DNA of 54,189 bases from a virus. Taxonomy: Duplodnaviria > Caudoviricetes. The DNA lies in the IMG/VR virus record IMGVR_UViG_3300020335_000006, positions 1 to 54,189 of that record. One strand, written 5' to 3'. Under the pieces are notes generated by a model that was not told the DNA's origin, did not search any database, and saw nothing but the letters and a program-made list of their open reading frames with translations. This document shows, piece after piece, positions 46,867 to 53,494 of the stretch (within the stretch, counting starts at the first letter, position 1; every line of letters begins with the position of its first letter). The position numbers and the translations under genes are program-made.

Positions 46867-47466
46867 ATGGCAAGCTACAAGCAACTCACTCAAAACTTTT
46901 TAGAAACAGGATCAGATCAAGACTTTGCAGTTCTTTATAATAAGATAAAGCCAGGTCTAACTTCTTATGTGTATAAGATAGTTAAAGATCGCGAAATGGC
47001 CGAAGATATTGCCGTCAATACTTTGACTAAGATGTGGACCAAAATTGAACAGTATAACCCAAGCTATGGAATCACTACATGGCTATATCGAATCGCGTTT
47101 AACGATTCTTTAGGTTATATTAAGAAAAGAAATCAAACTACATCTCTGAGCAAATTATCTGAATATGGCGTAGAAGTTAGTGGAGGTGGATCGGTTTCAA
47201 ATACTCTAAAGGATTTAGTTCTAGATTATGAAGATAAAACTGAACAAGATTATTTAGAAGAAGACGATGCTCTTCAAGACAAATACATTAAAACACTAGA
47301 AGCTATGCAAAATCTAAAAGAAATGTATAGAGATATTCTAGTAGACAGGATGGTAAATCATATGAAATATGACCAACTAGCAACTAAATATGAACTTCCA
47401 CTACAAACTATTAAAAATAGAATTCGTAGAGGTAAAGCTTTAATCGTTGAAGCTGTAGAAAAATAA
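46867..47466 (+). CDS. ECF-type RNA polymerase sigma factor
   Basis: Region 2 AEDI....K.W......TTWLYRIAFN and region 4 L...YR.........KY..LA.....P..TIKNRIRRGK. Confidence 0.9.
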   Translation: MASYKQLTQNFLETGSDQDFAVLYNKIKPGLTSYVYKIVKDREMAEDIAVNTLTKMWTKIEQYNPSYGITTWLYRIAFNDSLGYIKKRNQTTSLSKLSEYGVEVSGGGSVSNTLKDLVLDYEDKTEQDYLEEDDALQDKYIKTLEAMQNLKEMYRDILVDRMVNHMKYDQLATKYELPLQTIKNRIRRGKALIVEAVEK

Positions 47467-47561
47467 ATATGAAAGGAAGCACAGCATGCAGGAAGGAAAG
47501 AAGAATGACCCAGAGTTTGTGTTCTGTTATTGGGACGAATTTAAACCTAACGTAGAAAAAG

Positions 47562-47774
47562 ATGATAGTAGTAGTTTACAGGAAGAGCAGGACGGCAAAG
47601 AAATTATACATGACAGTGTTCGAAAACGAAGCAACACCGGACAGGATAATAAATGCGAAAGCAAGAAAGCCACTGATTCCGAATGAATATGAAATCGTAG
47701 AATTAGGAATGGGTGCAGGTTTTATTGAAATGTATAAAAGCAAACATAAGATTAAAAAACATGAATTGGCGTAA
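47562..47774 (+). CDS. Hypothetical protein
   Basis: 70 aa ORF. Confidence 0.55.
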   Translation: MIVVVYRKSRTAKKLYMTVFENEATPDRIINAKARKPLIPNEYEIVELGMGAGFIEMYKSKHKIKKHELA

Positions 47775-47901
47775 TCAAATTGACGAATGGGACGAAGATC
47801 TTTATGAAGATCTTCCTAGGAAGGGTAAATTGCCTAAAATGAAAGACGTTGAAAAATCGCTAGCAAGCAAAAAAAGAAAAGATATTGAAAATAAACAGTA
47901 A
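47761..47901 (+). CDS. Small hypothetical protein
   Basis: ATG at 47761, MNWRNQIDEWDEDLYED...; stop supplied by repeat. Confidence 0.5.
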   Translation: MNWRNQIDEWDEDLYEDLPRKGKLPKMKDVEKSLASKKRKDIENKQ

Positions 47902-47950
47902 AAAGTTTTTTTATCTCAGAAATTTTGCTTATATTAGATAAGTAATTAAT
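47888..47950 (+). promoter_or_regulatory. Class I repeated promoter module (copy 5)
   Basis: Matches copy 4 from AAAATAAACAG through TATATTAG. Confidence 0.8.
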
Positions 47951-47960
47951 TAAATAAATA

Positions 47961-48518
47961 ATGAATCATCAAGAAACATCAGTAGAAAAATTAGAATCAG
48001 CTCCTCAAAGCACAACTGAGAAAGCTATAGATACTCTATTTTCTGTTCTATGTTCTTCTTCTAAGAAAAGTAAGAAGATAGTTTATGTGGATATGGATGG
48101 CGTCTTAGTAGATTTACATGCAAAACTCAGAGAATATCCTGAAGAAGTTGTAAAATCTCTAGGAAACGATATTGATAAATTACCTGCTCTTTTCCTCGAT
48201 CCTCCTCCTATGGAAGGTGCGATTGAAGCTTTTAACATTCTTTGTTCTTTATTCGATGTGTATATTTTATCAACTGCACCATGGGATAATCCTGAAGCTT
48301 TAATGCACAAAAGATTATGGGTTGAAAAACATCTAGGAAAAAATGCATATAAGAGATTAATCCTTTCTCACAACAAACATTTAAATGTTGGAGATTTTTT
48401 AATCGATGATAGAACTGCAAACGGAGCTGGTAAATTTACAGGAGAACATATCCATTTTGGAACAGAGAAATGGCCAGATTGGAAGGCCACTTTAGACTAT
48501 CTTATACCTCACGCCTAA
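47961..48518 (+). CDS. 5'(3')-deoxyribonucleotidase (NT5C-like HAD)
   Basis: YVDMDGVLVD, GAIEA, ILST.PW, K..WV..H, K......LIDDR. Confidence 0.88.
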   Translation: MNHQETSVEKLESAPQSTTEKAIDTLFSVLCSSSKKSKKIVYVDMDGVLVDLHAKLREYPEEVVKSLGNDIDKLPALFLDPPPMEGAIEAFNILCSLFDVYILSTAPWDNPEALMHKRLWVEKHLGKNAYKRLILSHNKHLNVGDFLIDDRTANGAGKFTGEHIHFGTEKWPDWKATLDYLIPHA

Positions 48519-48879
48519 ATATAAGCTTAATCCAGTTATATCTCTTTCTGGATTCTAAATACTTATAATTATTTTCATTAGCATACGCCTCTCTTTCAAA
48601 TGAGATGTTACGATATGCTCCGGTTCCATAGAAGAACAATTTTATAAACCATTCAGTAACATATAGAACATAAAAGGGAATCACTAGAAGTTCTTCCTGC
48701 TGCTTTATATGTATAGATTCGTGGTTAATAATCCTCTTCGCTCTTCCTTTCCACCATTTGGAAGAATCATACTTTTCTCTTAGAACGATGAAGGGCCAAA
48801 GAGTAATTCCTCCAATTGACATAAACCAACTTATTGCGTTTAAAAATCTGTCACTGTATTTAATAATAGGTGTTTTCAT
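48502..48879 (-). CDS. Membrane protein with HExxH zincin-like motif
   Basis: GITLWPFI, INHESIHIKQQ.E, ISFEREAY; likely ATG at 48879. Confidence 0.75.
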   Translation of the reverse strand: MKTPIIKYSDRFLNAISWFMSIGGITLWPFIVLREKYDSSKWWKGRAKRIINHESIHIKQQEELLVIPFYVLYVTEWFIKLFFYGTGAYRNISFEREAYANENNYKYLESRKRYNWIKLIFRREV

Positions 48880-48883
48880 GTAA

Positions 48884-48900
48884 TATATATCAGATATATA
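48884..48900. promoter_or_regulatory. Back-to-back divergent class III promoters
   Basis: TATATATC-A-GATATATA: GATATATA on both strands between divergent genes. Confidence 0.6.
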
Positions 48901-48967
48901 ATAAGTCCAGTCGGAGCGCCGATATTTAATTTCTTGGACAAGAAACCTCAAACACTTATTTTTAAAC

Positions 48968-50572
48968 ATGATGAAACGTATATTCATCGCATTGCTAGTA
49001 CTTCACGGTTTCGTGACTCATGCTCAATGTGATCTTGCTATTACTGACTTTAATTCTACCACTGGAGATCTAGTAGTAGAAGCTATTAACTCAGAAAATT
49101 GTGGTTGTAATGACCTCACTAACATAGAATCTGCCTGTGAAGGATCTTCAAGCGGCACTATTCAAAATAATGAGACTGTAGGTCATATTGTTTTAGGATT
49201 ACATTCTCCCGGATTAGACTATAATTGGGGATGTACAACTGCTAATAACCACCCAGGCTGGACCTTTAAAAGTAAAAGTTTTTTTGGTAATTCGGTTTTA
49301 GAAACAGGAGATGTATGGAATACTAACATCTATGATTTTTTTACACCAGCTGACGACTGCTGGGCAGAGATTTTAGCAAATAATGAATTGTGTGTAGAGT
49401 TAGTCATTTGGCAAATCAATCTATCTCAAACTTCTACGGTTGGAGAAGGAGGCTGGGCAGTTAATCCAAATGTAGCAAATCAAACTCAAAATTATCCAGA
49501 TTTTAATTTATTAGACAATGCATTTCTTGTATGTCCTTTAATATTTCCGGGATGTACAGATCCATTTGCCCTAAACTATAATGATGAGGCTACTGAAGAT
49601 GATGGTACTTGTGTATATTCTATAGGACCAGATCCTATTATTATTGACTTAGTAATTAACAATGAAGAATGTGAAGTACTTGAAGCTGGTATATTATCCA
49701 CCTTTTGGTATTCTGCAACTATTGTAAATATCGGCACAGAGGCAGTTACTAACTTTTGCTTAAACGATTTCTTAGGTTTAACCTTTAATTGTTTTAATGG
49801 AGTTTCTAATCTAGCAGTTTGGATTCAGCCTGGAGATACTATTACAGTAAATGGATCTATTAATGTTGAAGGCACATGGACTGCAGGTCAGGGTAATTAT
49901 ATGACTATAACAAGCGTGCCTGGTGAAATTATTACAGGTAATAACAACTTTGTTTTCTATATGCCCAATGGGGTTGATTGCGAAGAAGTAGTCGATCCCT
50001 TGCCATGTGACACTGTTTATATCAACACAACAGATACTCTTTATATAGAAACTATAGATACTCTTTATGTTGATGTTGAGGTTTATATCACAGACACACT
50101 ATACATCACAGAAATCGAGTATGTAACAGATACTCTCTATGTTAACTCAGTCGACACGGTTGAGGTTATTGTATATGAATTTTTAACCGATACTATTTAT
50201 GAGTATATTACTATTGATTGTGAAACTGGATTGGAGTGTGTCGATGATCCTGGCTTAGTTTGCCCAGATTGGACTTCAGTTTATATTCCTAATACATTTA
50301 GCCCTAATAATGATGGTATAAATGATATATGGAAAATGGTCTATGATTTAGACTGCTGGGTCGATGTAGAATTTAAAATCTTTAATCGTTGGGGAGAGAT
50401 GATCTATTCTGGCTTGGGCGATTATTATGATTCATATCCATATTGGGATGCTAGCGTAAATGGTGGCGATCACTACGCTGTCGACGGAGTTTACACTTAT
50501 ACGTTCCATGCAAGAAAATTAAACTCAGTCGAAGTCTTTCAAAGACATGGACATATAACAATATTTAGATAA
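48968..50572 (+). CDS. Secreted protein with T9SS type-B sorting domain (gliding motility-associated CHU_C)
   Basis: Signal peptide ...THA|Q, GCTDP.A.NY...AT.DDGTC repeat, DTLY repeats, C-term YIPNTFSPNNDGIND.W...IFNRWG...WD...DGVY.Y...GHITIFR. Confidence 0.88.
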   Translation: MMKRIFIALLVLHGFVTHAQCDLAITDFNSTTGDLVVEAINSENCGCNDLTNIESACEGSSSGTIQNNETVGHIVLGLHSPGLDYNWGCTTANNHPGWTFKSKSFFGNSVLETGDVWNTNIYDFFTPADDCWAEILANNELCVELVIWQINLSQTSTVGEGGWAVNPNVANQTQNYPDFNLLDNAFLVCPLIFPGCTDPFALNYNDEATEDDGTCVYSIGPDPIIIDLVINNEECEVLEAGILSTFWYSATIVNIGTEAVTNFCLNDFLGLTFNCFNGVSNLAVWIQPGDTITVNGSINVEGTWTAGQGNYMTITSVPGEIITGNNNFVFYMPNGVDCEEVVDPLPCDTVYINTTDTLYIETIDTLYVDVEVYITDTLYITEIEYVTDTLYVNSVDTVEVIVYEFLTDTIYEYITIDCETGLECVDDPGLVCPDWTSVYIPNTFSPNNDGINDIWKMVYDLDCWVDVEFKIFNRWGEMIYSGLGDYYDSYPYWDASVNGGDHYAVDGVYTYTFHARKLNSVEVFQRHGHITIFR

Positions 50573-50573
50573 C

Positions 50574-50939
50574 ATGAAATCATTACTTATTTCCCTATTA
50601 TTTCTTTTACCATTTTACACAGTAGCGCAATGCAATCAACACGTCTTTACTTCAGTCGGTGCTGAAAAATGGACCAACTTCCAATATCAAGATTGTGATG
50701 GAGGTAACCATTACTTTGGACTTCCGGCTGGTGGATATACAATAATCTTCTGTGCAGATATAGGCACTGCTTTCGTTTTAAATGGAGATGGATATGTATT
50801 TCCTCTATTAACCGAACACCCTAACTATGCATCTTGTATTCAGCCTGAAGAGGCATGCGAAGGTGATTTTGATGGAGATGGAATAGTAGGAGCAGAGGAT
50901 CTTCTTATATTTTTATCAAATTACGGCACATGTGAATGA
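50574..50939 (+). CDS. Secreted Cys-rich protein with dockerin/EF-hand-like C-terminus
   Basis: Signal peptide ...TVA|Q; C.GDFDGDGIVG.EDLL.FLSNYG. Confidence 0.7.
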   Translation: MKSLLISLLFLLPFYTVAQCNQHVFTSVGAEKWTNFQYQDCDGGNHYFGLPAGGYTIIFCADIGTAFVLNGDGYVFPLLTEHPNYASCIQPEEACEGDFDGDGIVGAEDLLIFLSNYGTCE

Positions 50940-50953
50940 ATTTCATTTTTTTG

Positions 50954-51028
50954 AAAATAAACAGCTAAAAGTTTTTTTATCTCAGATTTTTTGCTTATAT
51001 TAGTAGAGTAATAATTAATAAAAGAAAC
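50954..51028 (+). promoter_or_regulatory. Class I repeated promoter module (copy 6, extended)
   Basis: Near-identical to 40456-40530. Confidence 0.8.
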
Positions 51029-51033
51029 AAACC

Positions 51034-51321
51034 ATGTACAACGAACTTTCAAGCAGAAACAAAACATTACTTTTAAACGGAGCAAAAACAACAGGATCCT
51101 TTATAGAAGGATATTCCTACATCGAAGAAAGCCTATATAGCGATGAAGCTAGCGAGCTTTATTCTTTTTGTGAATGGATCGACAATATTATTGGAGGTGC
51201 AGGTCCTGCAAACATTGACACTTTATGGTTAGGATTTAAATATCCTGAAGTAGATGCATTTTCGGAATCATGTGCATACATAAAAAAGCAAATGGATAGA
51301 ATTAAAGCATACTCTATATAA
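51034..51321 (+). CDS. Hypothetical protein
   Basis: 95 aa ORF after class I promoter. Confidence 0.7.
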   Translation: MYNELSSRNKTLLLNGAKTTGSFIEGYSYIEESLYSDEASELYSFCEWIDNIIGGAGPANIDTLWLGFKYPEVDAFSESCAYIKKQMDRIKAYSI

Positions 51322-51680
51322 TGAAAACATATAAGATACCAAGGCATCCAGTGTTTAAAGATTTTGCGATAGTTAAAACCTTAAGTGGAACTTATGTGTG
51401 CCCTGGATGGCACCCCGTTGAACCTGGAACTACACGAGAGCAAATAATCTTAGTAGAACCTAAAGACGCGCCAGTTATTAACAAACCTGTTAAAAAGTTA
51501 GTCACAAATCAAGTGAAACAAACTAAAACTTTCAAGGTATTATCTAGTAACGGTAAGTCATATTACAATGTTCAATTTGATGGTAAAGATTGGAGTTGTG
51601 ATTGTCCCGCAAGTAATTTCTTTCGAGGTCCTTGTAAACATATTAAGGCAAAGAAAGAAGAATTAATAATTTCTAAATAA
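51321..51680 (+). CDS. SWIM zinc-finger protein
   Basis: Y.V......CDCP.......CKH. Confidence 0.8.
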   Translation: MKTYKIPRHPVFKDFAIVKTLSGTYVCPGWHPVEPGTTREQIILVEPKDAPVINKPVKKLVTNQVKQTKTFKVLSSNGKSYYNVQFDGKDWSCDCPASNFFRGPCKHIKAKKEELIISK

Positions 51681-51685
51681 TTTAT

Positions 51686-51865
51686 ATGAAAAAAGTTTTA
51701 AGTATTTTAAAAAGCACTTTAAGGGTATTGTCAAACCAATATTTCAGATTAATGGGATTTTTATGGATGTTTGCATCTTTTGCTTACATCGGAGACCCTG
51801 AATTCTGGACAGTCTTAGGTTTTGGAACAGTGTTTACGGGTATTCAAAGTATTATTGAAAAATAG
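51686..51865 (+). CDS. Small two-TM membrane protein (59 aa, not in ORF track)
   Basis: MKKVLSILKSTLRVLSNQYFRLMGFLWMFASFAYIGDPEFWTVLGFGTVFTGIQSIIEK. Confidence 0.6.
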   Translation: MKKVLSILKSTLRVLSNQYFRLMGFLWMFASFAYIGDPEFWTVLGFGTVFTGIQSIIEK

Positions 51866-51951
51866 TAAGATAATAATCAATAAATGGTAATTATCTAAGA
51901 GTAAAACAGATAAATACCCTATAACAATTTTAAAAATATCATAATTTAAAT

Positions 51952-52470
51952 ATGGCATTACAGACAAGTGGGCAAATTAGCCTTTCAAATATTACAGAAG
52001 AAATGGGATTCGTAAACACTAATGTTAGTTTAGGTGGTTTATCAACTAATCCGACGCTAAACGATGAAAGTCCCTATAAACCAAATGAATCACAGCCACA
52101 TAAGATGAGTGAATTCTATAGGTATGATCATAATTACAGTTCAGTAGAAATTAAGTCTATAGGATCCAGTGGTGGACAACTCGGAAAATGGTTCGAATTT
52201 TGTGAATCGGCACCCAAGTTCACGTACTATTGGGCCGGCGAAAAAGAAGCTCCAGTCCTTGGAGACTACATGTTCTCGGACAGTAAAGGTGATTCACCGC
52301 TCCCAAAGGGTTTCCACTTTACTCTAGCGACGGGTGAAAGAATTGCAACCGTCGTTTTCATCGGTAATGAAGGCGAGATCACCACCATCAACAGCTGTGA
52401 AGGAATAGAGCCAAGGGACCCCAAAGACCCGGGTCTCCCATCCGAACCTGAAGGTCCAAGATTTAAATAA
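51952..52470 (+). CDS. Putative virion accessory / fibre-associated protein
   Basis: MALQTSGQISLS.I..E.G ... MSEFY.Y N-terminal module common in phage fibre/adhesin proteins; GATAAATA upstream (51909). Confidence 0.55.
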   Translation: MALQTSGQISLSNITEEMGFVNTNVSLGGLSTNPTLNDESPYKPNESQPHKMSEFYRYDHNYSSVEIKSIGSSGGQLGKWFEFCESAPKFTYYWAGEKEAPVLGDYMFSDSKGDSPLPKGFHFTLATGERIATVVFIGNEGEITTINSCEGIEPRDPKDPGLPSEPEGPRFK

Positions 52471-52499
52471 GATAATATAGCTATTATTCAACATTAAAG

Positions 52500-52528
52500 A
52501 AAGTGAGATTTATTCTCACTTTTTTTTT
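52500..52528 (+). terminator. Rho-independent terminator
   Basis: aaagtgaga-tttat-tctcacttttttttt. Confidence 0.85.
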
Positions 52529-52538
52529 GCGAAAGAGT

Positions 52539-52565
52539 GAAACAAACGCACCTACCCTGATATAA
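52539..52565 (+). promoter_or_regulatory. Class II promoter for the tRNA/ncRNA cluster
   Basis: GAAAC-N17-TATAA. Confidence 0.65.
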
Positions 52566-52575
52566 ATAAAGTAAC

Positions 52576-52677
52576 ATGAACAAATTGAAAATCAAATTGA
52601 AAATGTGGATTATAGAAAAAACTATTCCAATTTGGTTTAGAGGTTTAAAGAAACCTCGCCCATGGAACGTTCTTTGA
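52576..52677 (+). CDS. Possible small basic peptide (33 aa)
   Basis: MNKLKIKLKMWIIEKTIPIWFRGLKKPRPWNVL right after promoter. Confidence 0.4.
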   Translation: MNKLKIKLKMWIIEKTIPIWFRGLKKPRPWNVL

Positions 52678-52701
52678 ATTATAGGTTGTAAGTAATAAAA
52701 T

Positions 52702-52787
52702 GCTCGGATGGTGGAATTGGTAGACACGATGGACTTAAAATCCATTGAGCAGTAATGTTCGTGCGGGTTCAACTCCCGCTCCGAGTA
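52702..52787 (+). tRNA. tRNA-Leu(TAA)
   Basis: GCTCGGA/TCCGAGT acceptor, ATGGA-CTTAAAA-TCCAT anticodon arm, long variable arm, GCGGGTTCAACTCCCGC T-arm. Confidence 0.93.
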
Positions 52788-52792
52788 CAATT

Positions 52793-52909
52793 AGAAAAGA
52801 AAGAGATAAAGGTAAACTCCACGCAACTTGTCGTGGTCCGGCCGAAACAGCGTATCAAATTCTAACAAGGAGACTGACGAGTCTCGCGCTTAAGGGTAGC
52901 TTCTTTTCT
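52793..52909 (+). ncRNA. Unassigned structured RNA
   Basis: Closing stem AGAAAAGAA/TTCTTTTCT, hairpins CCACG/CGTGG and GAGAC/GTCTC, GC-richer than flanks. Confidence 0.5.
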
Positions 52910-52943
52910 TTATAATTCACAAATCAAATTAAACTTAACGAAC

Positions 52944-53017
52944 GGACGCTTAGCTCAGCTGGATAGAGCATCGCCCTTCTAAGGCGACGGTCGTAGGTTC
53001 GAATCCTACAGCGTTCA
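52944..53017 (+). tRNA. tRNA-Arg(TCT)
   Basis: TAGCTCAGCTGGATAGAGCA D-arm, TCGCC-CTTCTAA-GGCGA, GTAGGTTCGAATCCTAC. Confidence 0.95.
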
Positions 53018-53025
53018 CTACAATC

Positions 53026-53102
53026 AGTCATGTATCTCCTCAAGCTTATACCTTGTAGAAAGAGTAATTGGTTACATGAGAGTTCAAGTCTCTCCATGAC
53101 TA
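53026..53102 (+). ncRNA. Atypical tRNA-like RNA (TAT anticodon-like loop, no canonical D-arm)
   Basis: Perfect acceptor AGTCATG/CATGACT, T-arm GAGAG-TTCAAGT-CTCTC, CAAG-CTTATAC-CTTG hairpin. Confidence 0.65.
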
Positions 53103-53123
53103 CCGTGGATTAGCCACTTACCA

Positions 53124-53196
53124 GATCTCTTAGCTCAGTTGGTAGAGCATCACACTGATAATGTAGGGGTCCGCAGTTCGAGTCTGCGTAAGACTA
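53124..53196 (+). pseudogene. Degenerate tRNA-Ile(GAT)
   Basis: Canonical D and T arms and CT-GAT-AA loop, but acceptor GATCTCT/TAAGACT has 3 mismatches and the anticodon stem a C-A mismatch. Confidence 0.6.
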
Positions 53197-53199
53197 CAA

Positions 53200-53335
53200 A
53201 GAGGAGAAGAAAGCGCTATGGATGCTAGCAAGTAATTGATGAGGATGTTCAAGTCATCATGGAAAACTACGCACAGCACTGCTCACTTAACGACATGCCA
53301 ATGCGGAAGAACCTTGTCGGTGAGGGAACCTCTAC
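53200..53335 (+). ncRNA. Unassigned structured RNA with T-loop hairpin
   Basis: AGAGG/CCTCT ends, GATG-TTCAAGT-CATC, CTCAC/GTGAG and CGACA/TGTCG stems. Confidence 0.5.
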
Positions 53336-53398
53336 AAAATACAGGGAGTTGTCCATTCGCGATGGTACGATAACTTTAAAATAGAAACCCTGTTATTT

Positions 53399-53469
53399 GC
53401 CCTCAAAGCATTAAGGTGATGCACCAAACTTTTAATTTGGGGAACTCGGATCGTTACCGTGTGGGGGTA
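53399..53469 (+). tRNA. tRNA-Lys(TTT), non-canonical T-loop
   Basis: GCCCTCA/TGGGGGT acceptor, CCAAA-CTTTTAA-TTTGG anticodon arm, T-loop ATCGTTA. Confidence 0.8.
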
Positions 53470-53494
53470 CAACTTTTAACAGATATATAAATAT

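Noticed and set aside
47486-47686. 66-aa ORF after the ECF sigma (possible anti-sigma)
   Set aside because: Overlaps the 47562 ORF by 125 nt and has no anti-sigma features; cannot decide which frame is real
52494-52790. 98-aa minus-strand ORF
   Set aside because: Antisense to tRNA-Leu, a promoter and a terminator
52840-52890. Hammerhead ribozyme (GAAAC and CTGACGA cores)
   Set aside because: Stems I-III cannot be formed convincingly and CTGACGA lies in its own GAGAC/GTCTC hairpin; kept only as unassigned RNA
52808-52900. c-di-GMP-I riboswitch
   Set aside because: Lacks the GAAA-capped P2 and GACGCAAA junction in the expected order and is not upstream of a coding gene
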